Source of the DNA: Squalus acanthias
Lineage: Eukaryota
NCBI GenBank assembly: GCA_030390025.1
Contig: CM059432.1
Span: 992,001-1,056,000 of the forward strand
Direction of reading: 5' to 3'
DNA length: 64,000 nt
Position 1 is the first letter of the stretch, and the number at the start of each line of letters is the position of its first letter. The notes under the pieces are model-generated. The model was not told the DNA's origin. It was given only the letters and a program-made list of their open reading frames with translations, and searched no databases. The position numbers were made by a program, and so were the translations under genes. This document shows positions 46,751-58,668 of the stretch, in pieces.

Positions 46751-49510
46751 TCTAAATCTGACTCTCTTCATTGAACACTATCAGTTGTGTTTGCATTTAA
46801 TTTGTTGATAACCATAAATTGTTCAAACCTAAATATAGGTTTAATCCCATCCATGGAGACTCTTTGCTCAATGATAAAATGTCATGAATTATCCTGACCA
46901 TTTATGACTCTTGAGACCAACTACTGCGCTCCAGCATGAACTGGTCTTAATAGGAGTAATTCCACAGCCACACGCTCCCAGCATCAGTGTGGGTCACAGT
47001 ATCAGGGCTACGATGTTCTAACCCTATCTTCTACCCTTCATTGCTGCAAGCGCAGCTTCCCCACTGGAAGCACGGGATCAAGAAATTAACCTTTATGTTC
47101 AAATTTTTGGGCTTTGGGAACCAGGGACATTCGGCACAGTCCGAGGTGCCCCCAATATTGGGCCTCGGGCCTCATTTCAATGGAGCCAGCCTGGCGCGAG
47201 GAGCCAGCCCGAGTAAACCAAGATCGGGCATCTGCTCGCGTCGCAGCAGCCCTCAGGCAAGTGAGGGTCTGGAGAGCAGAGGTCGGAGAGGGGGAATCGG
47301 AGGGCGGTGCGGAGGGACGGGAGATTGGAGATCAGGGAGAGGGACTCGAAGCCCGGGAGATCAGAGGTCGGGGAGGGAGAGGGAGAGGAAGTGTGTGCAC
47401 ATTACCGGCCAGAAGTGCACTGCCCGCCATGTTGGGTAAGGACAGACAACAGGATTTGTATATGGGGCCTAACTCCTGCTTGAGGTCCCCTCTCCTATGG
47501 GGAAGGAGTGGGACTGATTGGAGAGCTCATTCAAAGAGCCAGCACAGGCACGATGGGCTGAATGGCCTCCTTCTCTGCTGTGCGATTCTATGAATTTCGC
47601 AGAACACATTATTGTGATACATTTCTTGAATACAACATAGATTTAATTTTAAATGGTTTGTAACATGGTTTTATAGATTCTGTTTTATTTTATGCAGGTT
47701 TTGTTCTAAAATCCTTTCTCAAAAGCATTTTGCTTAAACTGGTCTGCTGTAATAGTGCAGTTAAATAGGAATGTAAACTCATCTGAAACAGTGACTCACA
47801 CTGTGATTCACTGGTGGATTTAGATTAGTTAGACAGGGTTGGGCTCGGACTAGTTGAGGTTATAGTAAGATATGTATGGAAAGTACGACAAACAAACATC
47901 TAATCTCTCTTGCAATGTTCTGAGAGCTATTAAATGAGACTGTGGCACTTAATACATTCGAATAAATGTAAGAAGGAGGTTTGCTCAGTGTGTGAACCAT
48001 TCTGTATAGAATTAATGTAATATAAAGAAAATACTATAAAGAAAATAAACCCTGAACAAGGGCTTATTGTGAACTTCCAGTAGTCACTCCTTGCAGTGCG
48101 GTTTCTCAAGGGTATTTGATTGAATCGCACATTTTAAAAGAGAACTGTAAACATCTACTGATGACTGATATGGCGAGGCGTGAAGTCATGATGCTGAGAG
48201 TGACAACACTCGGGAACAAAGTAAACGGAGATCTATTGATGTGAGTCAAGACTTTTAAAAAAAAATCGTTAATGTATCTTCAGGGTAAATTGGTCTTAAT
48301 TTTTAATCCAGCTGTTTCTGCCTCACTCCAGCCCGTCAAGTGCAGCATGTCTATACTGCCTGAGGATAGGGATCAGGCCACAGATGGGTGGGAACATGCA
48401 GCTGCGATCTTACAAGGTGGAGCCTTGTTGATATAGCTGGAGTGCGAAGATTTTGTTCCAATGATATGTTTTATTTGGCATTCTGTTAGTAGAATTGTAA
48501 TTAGTAACTTTTTTCAGTTTTTTTATATATACTTTTATTAGACAAATTGTAATCTCAATGGTTCTGTCACTAACATAGAATTTAACAACACAGAAAGAGG
48601 CCATTCGAACCAACATGCCTGTCCTGGCTCTTTGAAAGCGCTATCCAATTAGTTCCACTCCCCCTACTATATATCCAATTCTCTTTTAAAAGTTATTGTT
48701 GATTCTGTTTCCACCGCCCTTTCAGGCAGTGCATTTCAAATCATAACAACTCTCTGTGTAAAAGAAATCTCTCCTCGTCTCTCCTCTGGTTCTTTTGCCA
48801 ATTACATTAAATCTGTGTCCTCTGGTTACCGACCGTCCTGCCCGTGGAAATAGTTTCTTCCTATTTACTCTATTAAATCCTTTCCGAATTTTAAGTACCT
48901 CTATCAAATCTCCCCTTAACCTTCTCTGCTCAAAGAAGAACAATCCCAGCTTCTCCAGTCTCTCCACATAACTGAAGTCCCTCATCCCTGGAACTATTCT
49001 GTAAATCTCCTCTGCCCCCTCTCCAAGCCTTGACATCCTTCCTAAAGTGTGGTGCCCAGATTGGACACAATACTCCAGCTGGGGCCTAACCAATGATTTA
49101 TACAGGTTCAGCATAACTTCCTTGTTTTTGTACTTTATGCCTCTATTTCTAAAGTCAAGGATCCCATATGCATTTTTAACAGCCTTATTGACTTATCCTG
49201 CCACCTTCAAAGATTTGTGTATGTGAACCCGCAGGTCTCTTCCTGCACCTGCTTTTAAAATTGTACCATTTAGTTTATATTGCCTCTCCTCATTCTTCCT
49301 CCTAAAATGTATCACTTCACACTTCTCTGCGTTAAATTGCATCTGCCACGTGTCTGCCCATTTTACCGGTCTGTCTATGTCCTCCTGATGTCTGTTAATA
49401 TCCCCCTCACTGTTCACCACGTTTCGATCTCAAAATTAAAGTACGCAGTTCCTTTAAAGCAAGTTGAATGAATATTATGTTGAATAAACTGCTGCTCTTT
49501 TCTGTAACAG

Positions 49511-49629
49511 GATTGTAAACATAACACAGAAGGGGATCACTGTGAGCGATGCCAGTCGGGTTTCTTTGGAGATGCTGCCCGAGGTGCCTGCAGTCCCTGT
49601 CCCTGTCCCCACACTCAACCCTCCAACAA
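49511..49629 (+). CDS. LAMA3: Laminin alpha-3 exon (LE)
   Basis: ctgtaacag|GAT...AA|gtaagg. Encodes [39 protein letters not shown]; phase 0 to 2. Confidence 0.95.
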
Positions 49630-49743
49630 GTAAGGTTCACATGATTGAAACACTGAAATAGAACGCACACATTGACTGATTACAACAATTATTCCTACCT
49701 CAGCTTTATTTATTGATAACCTTTAATCATTTTTCTTTTACAG

Positions 49744-49824
49744 CTTTGCCACGCGATGTGGCGAGATTAATGGCGTCATGCAGTGCGTGTGTAAACCAGG
49801 CTACACCGGCTCAAGATGTGAGAG
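49744..49824 (+). CDS. LAMA3: Laminin alpha-3 exon (LE)
   Basis: ttttacag|C...AG|gtcggt. Encodes (N)FATRCGEINGVMQCVCKPGYTGSRCE(R); phase 2-2. Confidence 0.95.
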
Positions 49825-50792
49825 GTCGGTGTTTGTTTTTTTGAACACAGTGACAGTCAGGTGACTGGTAGAATTGAGATTAAGAGATTGAGTAGATTGG
49901 GCCTATATTCTCTGGAGTTTAGAAAAATGAGAGGTGATCTCAATGAAATGTATAAAATTCTTACAGGGCTTGACAGGGTAGATGCTGAGATGCTGTTTCT
50001 CCCTGGCTGGAGAGTCTAGAACCAGGGGTCACAGTCTCAGGATAAGGGGTCGGCCATTTAAGACTGAGATGAGGAGGTGAACCTGTGGAATTCTCTACCC
50101 CAGAGGGCTGTGGATGCTCAGTCTTTGAGTATATTGAAGATTGAGATCGATAGATTTTTGGACTCTAGGGGAATCAAGGGATATGGGGATCGGGCGGGAA
50201 AGTGGAGTTGAGGTCGAGGATCAGCCATGATCTTATTGAATGGCAGAGCAGGCTCGAGGGGCAGTATGGCCGACTCCTGCTCCTAAATCTAAAAGGGTAT
50301 TGGTTCATAATTCATAAGAGCTATAAATATGAGTAAATAGAAAGATTCAGAATAGTCGAGAACATTTTATTTTGCTTGACACTAAATTAAGTTGTTTTCT
50401 TAAAGCTAGATTGATTGTTGTGATCTGGAGCACGCTGCCTGAAAGGGCGGTGGAAGCAGATTCAATAGTGACTTTCAAAAGGGAATTGGATAAATATTGA
50501 AGGGGAAAAAATTGCAGGGCTTTGGAGAAAGAGCGAGGAGAGTGGAACTAATTGGAGAGCTCTTCCAAAGAGTCGGCACAGGCATGAGGGGCCGAATGGC
50601 CTCCTTCTGTGCTGTATCATTCTATGATTCTATGAGGGTGAGACTTTGTATCCTTTCACTGAATGGCGCAGTGAACTGGTAAAGTGCAACACCAGGACAC
50701 CGATTATGTAGCACGCTAATTTAACAGATGCCAAACCTTGGCATTTTTTCAGAAGCATAAGTCAAGAAAAGCAATGATTTTAGGAACATGAA

Positions 50793-51185
50793 AACAAAAG
50801 CAAAATACTGCGGCTGCTGGAAATCTGAAATAAAAAGGGGAAATGCTGGAAAACACTCGGCAGGTCAGGCAGCATCCGTGGAGGGAGAAACGGGGGCAAT
50901 TTTAACCTAATCCACGCGTCGGGAAACTGACGGGATCGGGTGCAATGCTGGTTTCACACCCCGCCCGATGTTACTCCTAATTGAAGTCAATATTGGGCGG
51001 GGTGTAAAACCAGCATTCCACCCGATCCCGCGGGATTCCCGCCCGGCACGTTAGGTTAACATTAACCACAACATTTCAGGTCAATGACCTTTTATCATCG
51101 AGCTGAAACGTTAACTCTGTTTCTCTCTCTCCACAGACGCTGCCTGACCTGCTGAGTATTTCTTTTTTTTTTTAGCATTTTCTGA
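50793..51185. mobile_element. Second inverted Penelope-like relic with a Harbinger-like MITE (~50893-51068) inserted
   Basis: Arms caggtcaggcagcatccgtggag and ctccacagacgctgcctgacctg are complementary; hammerhead-like remnants gacctgaaa / ctgaaacgttaac lie between them. Confidence 0.6.
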
Positions 51186-51231
51186 TTATAGGAACGTGTA
51201 GCATTAAAGTTTTTTTTAATTAAATCTGCAG

Positions 51232-51353
51232 GTGTGCTCCAGGTTATTTCGGGAACCCTCGGAAGATAGGGAGTGAATGTCGGCGATGCCAGTGTGGCAA
51301 TTCAAACTCTACAAGTTGTGACCCACTGACCAGTCAATGCAGCAACTGTCCAG
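51232..51353 (+). CDS. LAMA3: Laminin alpha-3 exon (LE, truncated last repeat)
   Basis: ctgcag|G...CAG|gtaatg. Encodes CAPGYFGNPRKIGSECRRCQCGNSNSTSCDPLTSQCSNCP; phase 2 to 1. The donor position is less certain. Confidence 0.88.
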
Positions 51354-52836
51354 GTAATGGTGTCAGTCTACATTGCAGAGATAATCTCAATCCCACTGAT
51401 GCTGCAATAGCTAAACAGGATTCTTAGTAAACAAAATTCACTCCTGAAAAACAAATACTCATTCTACATGCTGTACAGTTAGCATAACACTCAACAAAGA
51501 TATCGCCACTGTCCAGCAAACCGTGCCACTTGTATCCTGCTTCTCTCTTAGAACATTGACAACAACAACTTGTATTTATATAGCGCCTTTAACGTAGTGA
51601 TGTCCCAAGGCACTTCACAAGAGTGATTATCAAACAAAATTTGACACGGAGCCACATGAGTAGATTTTAGGGCAGGTGACCAAAAGCTTGGTCAAAAGAG
51701 GTAGGTTTTAGGGAGCGTCTTAAAGGAGGAGAGAGAGGCGGAGAGGTTTAGGGAGGGAATTCCAGAGCTTAGGGCCCAGGCAGCTGAAGGCACGGCCACC
51801 AATGGTGGAGCGATGGAAATCGGGGATGTGAATTGGAAGAGCGCAGAGTTCTCAGAAGGTTGTAGGGCTGCAGGAGGTTACAGAGATAGGGAGGGGGCTA
51901 GGCCATGGAGGGATCTGAACATAAGGATGAAGATTTTAAATTCGAGGCGTCACCGGGGATCAATGTAGATCAGCGAATGCAGGAAATAATGAAACCGACA
52001 AGTGCAAGTAAGCTCTTTGCTGGTGTGTACTGGAAGAGTGAATGGCTGTTGCCAGAATGACGTCCTTTACTATTGGAAGTTTGGTCTTTTACTGGGTCCC
52101 ATCATACTTTCTCAGCGCCCATTTCCTGTCCAAACAACCACAGAAATAAACCACGAGGATACACTTGGTGCCACTGATTTTATTTGTGTCAGTGATTATG
52201 TGAGGGTGGTGTTCGACTCAGTTGTTCGTCCTAGCATGGAGTATGGCTTGTTGCTGATTGTTTTTACTTTGCAGAACCTCACTCAAAAATCATTTGCTGT
52301 TTTTGAGAAAAATTATATAGTGCCAGATCTTGCTGGCAAATAAACGGTGTGTTAACGGCGCACGCCGTTATTAATGCGCAAATCGTCCAGCAAGTTCAGG
52401 GGATGAAGAGCTTCGCCGTGAGTTGCGAATCTCCAGAACTTGCTGGTCGATTTGCTTCGCACAAACGGCATCTCGCCCTCAGCCTCCCCATTATTTGACT
52501 GGACTCTTAACTCACCCGATTTCCTTCTCCGTCGTTCCTCTGTTCCTTTCTCAGTCTGTTAGGGAGATAGACTGTTGGTCCCACCGTTCACTGAGGTCCC
52601 AGATGCCCCATTGCCCTCACCGCGCTGTTATCAGCTCGCACTCCCGGCAAGTTACGCTGCAAAAAATGTTCAAGCTGAAGGATGCAGGAAAAAATCTAAC
52701 TAATGGGGCTCACCGTGAGATGCTCCATTCCAGCAACGATCTGGACCATTATGTCTTAATTTATATATAAAATCTTATTAAGTTTTGAACTTCCTTTGTT
52801 CAATTAATTAATTTATTGTGCTTTTTTTTTTCACAG

Positions 52837-52887
52837 GCTGCACAAATGAAGACCCAAAGGATACTAGTTCTGATGAAAAGTGTGATA
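52837..52887 (+). CDS. LAMA3: Laminin alpha-3 mini-exon (LE to coiled-coil linker)
   Basis: tttttcacag|GC...A|gtaagt. Encodes (G)CTNEDPKDTSSDEKCD, matching recalled human CINQEPKDSSPAEECD, which is diagnostic for alpha-3 over alpha-5. Confidence 0.92.
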
Positions 52888-54161
52888 GTAAGTAAAGGAA
52901 CGCAATAGATCTGTTCTGTGGTCATGTTCGCGAAAGAAAAACCTACCTGTGTACTCGATTGGGGTTCGAGTTACCATACCTCGCTAATAACAGCAAATAT
53001 TAGCAGAGAGGTCAGTAACCAGGGGGCAGAGATTTAAAGTCATTGGTAGAAGGATTAGAGGGGATTTGAGGAGAACTTTTTTCACTCAGAGGGTGGTGGG
53101 GGTCTGGAACTCACTGCCTGAAAGGGTGATAGAGGCAGAAACCCTCATCACATTTAAAAAGTACTTGGATATGCACTTGAAGTGCCGTAACCTACAGGGC
53201 TACGGACCAAGAGCTGGAAGTGGGATTAGGCTGGAGAGCTCTTTGTCGGCCGGCACAGACACGACGGGCCGAATGGCCTCCTTCTGTGCCGTAAATTTCT
53301 ATGACTCTATGAAACTTTTTTTTGCACAGCGAGTTGTTGTGATCTAGAATGCGCTGCCTGAAAGGGCGGTGGGAGCAGATTCAATAGTAACTTTCAAAAG
53401 GGAATTGGATAAATACTTGAAGGGAAAAAATTTACTGGGCTGTGGGGAAAGAGCAGAGGGAGTGGGATTCATCGCTTTTTCAAAGAGCTGGCACAGGCAC
53501 GATGGGCCGAACGGCCTCTTTCTGTGCTGTATCATTCTGCGATTCTAGGAACATTTGATAGCATAGAGTGAGGAAGGGATGAGGGGCTATGGTTATGAGA
53601 AATTGGTGCTCATCTCATTAGATCAAAGAAGGTTACGAGAAAATCCGTATGTGAGTTCACAAATTATACGGGGTTTTGATAAGGTTAATAGGGAGTGAGT
53701 CAGTAACTAGGTGTAAATTTAAGATCATCAGTAAAGGAAGATAAAGGTTAGATTTTATTTTATACCTGGAATGCTCAGAAACCGGTGGAAGCAGAATCCA
53801 TAATAGTTATTTTTAAATGGGAAGTGGATAAATAAAAGAAAAAAGAAAGACTTGCATTTCTACAGCGTCTTTCACGGCCTCAGGGCGTCCCAAAGCACTT
53901 TACAGCCAATGAAGTACTTTTGAAGTGTAGTCACTGTTGTAATGTGGGAAACGCGGCAGCCACATTTCCTACATTACAACAGTGACTACACTAAAGTACT
54001 TCATTGGTTGTAAAGCGCTTTGGGAAGTCCTGAGGTCGCGAAAGGTGCTACAGAAATGCAAGTCTTTTTTTAAATTCCTCATTTATGTGTCCAGCTTTTC
54101 TGTTAATGAATCTGTGGCCAGTGACGCAGTACCGGTGATAATCTGTTCTCTTATATTCCAG

Positions 54162-54313
54162 CGTGCGACAGTTGTGTTGAAACCCTGTTGCTTGACTTGA
54201 ACAAGATGGATTCCGATCTTCAAAAGATCAAACTCCAGCTTCAGAATGCAAACACAAGTGCTGCTGCACAGCATCGTATGAACAACTTAGATACGGCCAT
54301 AAAACACACCGAG
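54162..54313 (+). CDS. LAMA3: Laminin alpha-3 exon (start of coiled coil)
   Basis: ttccag|CG...GAG|gtaact. Encodes (T)CDSCVETLLLDLNKMDSDLQKIKLQLQNANTSAAAQHRMNNLDTAIKHTE. Confidence 0.94.
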
Positions 54314-54521
54314 GTAACTCCAAAACTAGGCTCGCTTTCTTTTTCTTTTGTAATGTTTCATTCTATCACTTCTGTAGATGTCTCCAAAACTTTTCAGGTT
54401 GACCCCAAGCAAAATTTGATATCATTTTCATTGCTGAGTGTTAAAACCAATATACTTTTTTAATTTAAACAAAATGCCAGTGTAAGATTTAAATTTTCAA
54501 TTAGTAAAATAAAGTTCTGAA

Positions 54522-55142
54522 GGTGTGTGGGTGTGAGTGAGTGCGTGTGTGTGTGCGTGCGTGTGTGTGTGCGTGCGTGAGTGTGTGCGTGCGTGAGTGT
54601 GTGCGTGCATGCGTGAATGCGTGCGTGCGTGAGTGCGTGTGTGCGTGCGTGCGTGAGTGCGTGCGTGCGTGAGTGTGTGCGTGCGTGCGTGTGTGCGTCC
54701 ATGAGTGGGTGTGTGGGTGGGTGGGGGTGGGTGGGTGTGTGTGCGTGCGTGAGTGTGTGCGTCCATGAGTGGGTGTGTGGGTGGGTGGGGGTGGGTGGGT
54801 GTGTGTGCGTGCGTGAGTGTGTGCGTGCGTGAGTGTGTGCGTCCATGAGTGGGTGTGTGGGTGGGTGGGGGTGGGTGGGTGTGTGTGCGTGCGTGAGTGT
54901 GTGCGTCCATGAGTGGGTGTGTGGGTGGGTGTGTGTGTGCGTCCATGAGTGGGTGTGTGGGTGGGTGTGTGTGTGCGTGCGTGAGTGCGTGTGTGTGTGT
55001 GCGTCCATGAGTGGGTGTGTGGGTGGGTGTGTGTGTGTGTGCGTGAGTGTGTGCGTGCGTGCGTGTGTGCGTCCATGAGTGGGGGTGTGGGTGGGTGGGG
55101 GTGGGTGGGTGTGTGTGTGCGCCTGTGTGTGTGTGTGCATGC
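54522..55142. repeat. Compound (GT)n/(GCGT)n/(GGGT)n microsatellite-minisatellite
   Basis: About 620 bp of GT/GC alternation with recurring gtccatgagtggg anchors. Confidence 0.95.
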
Positions 55143-55393
55143 TTGTAAGTAAAAGGTGTGAAAGCAAATTGGAAATCAGTTGCATTCATAAGTTCCAGTT
55201 CAAAGTTAGAAAATACAGTTCACTTATTTTATTATAAATGCATCAATTTCTTGTTAACTTGAAGATATTTCTTGGTAGATTGGAAACGATTTTTGCTTTG
55301 CCGAAGCCAACAGTGTGAAAAAAACACATCTTGTGTTACAAATGAAATTGTATAAATTTACCCAGAGCGACTCCCTTTGATTCCCCATTTTAG

Positions 55394-55504
55394 AATCAGC
55401 TGACGGTTTATCGGGCCACAGTCGAGCGTCAGGTTAAAAGGACCGACGATTTGGAAAATGACAACATGAATCTCATTCAAGATGTTAATGCACTCGAAGA
55501 AAAG
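55394..55504 (+). CDS. LAMA3: Laminin alpha-3 exon (coiled coil) with a GC donor
   Basis: cattttag|AAT...AAG|gcaagt. Encodes NQLTVYRATVERQVKRTDDLENDNMNLIQDVNALEEK; 111 nt. Confidence 0.9.
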
Positions 55505-56078
55505 GCAAGTATTATTTTATACTATTTTGAAAAATTTAACAGATGTCAAGGCCTTGGAGAGGGTGCAGAAGAGATTTACCAGAAAGTTATATGGAGAACC
55601 TAGAGAAGCTGGGATTGTTCTCCTTCGAGCAGAGAAGGTTAAGGGGAGATTTAATAGAGGTGTTCACAATTATGAGCTGTTTTGATAGGGAGAAACCTGT
55701 TTCCAATGGCAGGGTGGTCGGTAACCAGAGGACACAGACTTCCGATAATTGGCAAAAGAACCAGAGGGGAAATGAGGCGAATTTTTTTTATGCAGCGAGT
55801 TGTTGTGATCTGGAAATGCACTGCCTGAAAGGGCGGTGGAAGCAGATTCAATAGTAACTTTCAAAAGGGAATTGGATAAATACTTGAAAAGGAAAAATTT
55901 GCAGGGCTATGGGGAAAGGGCAGTGGAGTGGGACTAATTGGAGAGCTCTTTCAAAGAGCCAGCACAGACACGATGGGCCGAATGGCCTCCTTCTGTGCTA
56001 TATCATTCTATGACAATTTATTCCTTTAATGATCTGTAAATTTAAGATGTGCTAAGATCTGAAAACGTTTATTATAAG

Positions 56079-56190
56079 GCGGAAAAGAATTCCCGAAGTA
56101 CTCAGCTGTTGCTCACTTCAATCAATGAGACCAATCGACGTGCACAAGACCTGCTGACAAACGTAGAAGACATCCTGTTGAAGATCTTAG
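56079..56190 (+). CDS. LAMA3: Laminin alpha-3 exon (coiled coil)
   Basis: attataag|GCG...TAG|gtaagg. Encodes AEKNSRSTQLLLTSINETNRRAQDLLTNVEDILLKIL; phase 0 to 1. Confidence 0.9.
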
Positions 56191-56512
56191 GTAAGGTGGT
56201 TTTATGAGCAAAAGGAATGGCTCAGTATACCTGATATGTGTGTCTGTAACGCGGCCTTTAAAAAGAAAGACTTGCATTTCTACAGCACCTTTTACAACCT
56301 CAGGACGCCCCAAAGCGCTTTACAGCAAATGAAGCACTTTTGAAGTGTAGTCACTGTTGTAATGTAGGAAACGCGGCAGCCAATTTGCACACAGCAAGAT
56401 CCCATAAACTGCAGTGTGTTAATGACCAGATAATCTGTTTTTAGTGATGCTGTTTGACGGATAAATATTGGCCAGGAGTGTTGCCCTGCTCTTCTTCAAA
56501 ATAGTGCCATTT

Positions 56513-56835
56513 GGGTAACACGGTGGCATAGTGGTTAGCACTGTTGCCTCACAGCGCCAGGGACCCGGGTTCGAATCCGGCCTTGGGTGACTGACTGTGT
56601 GGAGTTTGCACATTCTCCCTGTGCCTGCGTGGGTTTCCTCCGGGTGCTCCGGTTTCCTCCCACAGTCCAAAGACGTGCGGGTTAGGTTGATTTGGCTTGA
56701 TAAAAAATTGACCCTTAGTGTTAGGGGGGATTAAATACGTGGGGTTACGGGGATAGGGTGGGATATGTGTCGGTGCAGGCTCGATGGGCCGAAATGGCCT
56801 CTATCTGCACTGTGGGAATTCTGTGATTCTGTGAT
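56513..56835 (+). mobile_element. HE1-type V-SINE nested in an opposite-strand DeuSINE
   Basis: tRNA head (gtggcatagtgg, ggttcgaatcc), V-domain gtgtggagtttgcacattctcc...gggtgctccggtttcctcccac, and a CR1-like tail (gattctgt)n. Confidence 0.88.
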
Positions 56836-58108
56836 CCCTTACGTCCACCTGAGAGGGCAGACGGGGCCTCGGTTTAACGCCTCATCTGAAAGACGGCACC
56901 TCTGACAGTGCAGCACTCCCTCAGTACTGCCCTGGCAGTGTCAGCCTAGATTTTGTGCTCAAGAGTCTGGAGTGGGGCTTGAACCCATGGCTTTCTCACT
57001 CAGAGGAGAGAGTGCTATCCACTGAGCCACAGATGACACAAATCATTTCAAATAGAAAACATCTCATTTCATGCTAAAAGATCATAGGCTAGATTTTCCT
57101 CCGCTATCCTGCATGAAATTGAGCCAGATTGGAGTGGAAATAGTGAGGCAATGGGGTACTGAGGCCTACCATATCTGCCCACATTGACCTCGATTTCCCT
57201 TCACTCCACCCTGCCAGGATGACCGCATACACCCTCAAAATCTTCCTGATGGAAGATGGCTCAAGGCAGTGGTGGTAATGATCCCAGTGTTGACAAATAG
57301 GGTCTAAGGACTGTATAGGGGTCTCCTCTCCCTCCAACTGGGCCCCCATGCACTTACCTATGTAGGCCTCAGTTTCTGCCAAGGTCTACAGAACTAAAGC
57401 TTCTGGGCTCTTCTATCTTTTAAGGTCTCTTGCAGTGCCTCCCAGATCTCTCTCTTTGATCCTGGTGGACCCCCTCTTGGTAGTAGGAATTCCCCCAGGA
57501 GCTCACCTTGCATGGTCAATGACCCCCAACCTGGGAAAATATGTTGGTATTACAACAGGGTTCGAACGAAAATCCAGCTCTAAGTGCACGAGAGCTAAGA
57601 GATGTTCTAAGTATATTAATTAACAAAATGATGAAATACCAACATTCATGTTTTATCTGTTGGAAATCCACCCTATTATAGCAGAATTTGGCATTAACTT
57701 GCATTTATATAGCGTCTTTAACGTAGTAAAATGTTCCAAGGTGCTTCACGGGAGTGTAATCAGAGAAAAATTTGGCACTGAGCTACATAAGGAGATATTA
57801 GGGCAGATGACCAAAAGCTTGGTCAAAGAGGTAGGTTTTAAGGAGCATCTTAAAGGAGGAGAGAGAGGTAGAGAGGCGGAGCGGTTTAGGGAGGGAATTC
57901 CAGAGCTTAGGGCCCAGGCAGCTGAAGGCACGGCCGCCAATGGTGGAGCGATTAAAAGTGAAGATGCTCAAGAGGCCAGAGTTGGAGGAACTGATCATTT
58001 TCAGCACTGCAGTTACTGAAAACGTGCATCGCGTCAGAATAACACAAAATCTTTTGCAAGGAGAAACTAGGAAAGGCTTTGCTCCTCCATTTGCTTCTTT
58101 CATTTCAG

Positions 58109-58255
58109 ATATGATCAAGAAGCTGAGTACCCTTGACTCAGCCGGCACAGCACAGAAGTTAGCTGAGGCGGAACGGATGCTCAATGAAATGAGAAACCGC
58201 AACTTTGACCAGGAGAGTAGAGTGGCTGACCGGGAGAAGCAAGAATCAAAGATAT
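58109..58255 (+). CDS. LAMA3: Laminin alpha-3 exon (coiled coil)
   Basis: catttcag|AT...T|gtaagt. Encodes (D)MIKKLSTLDSAGTAQKLAEAERMLNEMRNRNFDQESRVADREKQESKI; phase 1-1. Confidence 0.93.
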
Positions 58256-58496
58256 GTAAGTATTGTAGCTCTTTTTCTTTCTTTAAAAAAAAAGAAAAAA
58301 TATTCTTCATTGCATTTCTTCAGACCAGCAAATCCAGCAACTTGATTCAGAATTGCTGAAGATCAATTCCTGGGCTTAAAGTAGAATGTGGAACTCTCTA
58401 CCACAGGGAGTGGTTGAGGCGAATAGCATCGATGCATTTAAGGGGAAGCTAGATAGGGACATGAGGGAGAAAGGATTAGAAGGATATGTTGATAGG

Positions 58497-58668
58497 CAGT
58501 GTTCCCTGTGAGCTGCGCTTTGTTCTGCACGGCCTGTTTCTTTTAATGTGCGGTCCCTTTAAACTTCTGCGCATGCGCGGTATTTACAATGGAAAAGCCG
58601 GTGAGCGGCCTGCGCGGGACCTTTCAGATTACTGCGTGGCCGCGTGGCGCACCTTAGCGGCAACATTA
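58497..58668. mobile_element. 172-bp hAT-type MITE inside a CR1 tail
   Basis: 8-bp TSD TTGATAGG (58489-58496, 58669-58676); termini cagtgttccc / ggcaacatta. Confidence 0.85.

Noticed and set aside
44434..47955. Genomic inversion between the 88-bp inverted copies
   Set aside because: The enclosed exon is in the sense orientation and the host CR1 resumes colinearly at 45211.
54460..55189. His/Thr-rich ORFs
   Set aside because: Translations of a microsatellite.
56513..56590. tRNA genes (also at 21070-21152, 23700 and 37590)
   Set aside because: The A/B boxes belong to SINE or LINE heads that continue into repeat bodies; no complete cloverleaf is evident.
57940..58359. 139-aa ORF as a TE-extended exon
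   Set aside because: Only 58109-58255 has splice sites and laminin similarity; the rest is L2/intron read-through.
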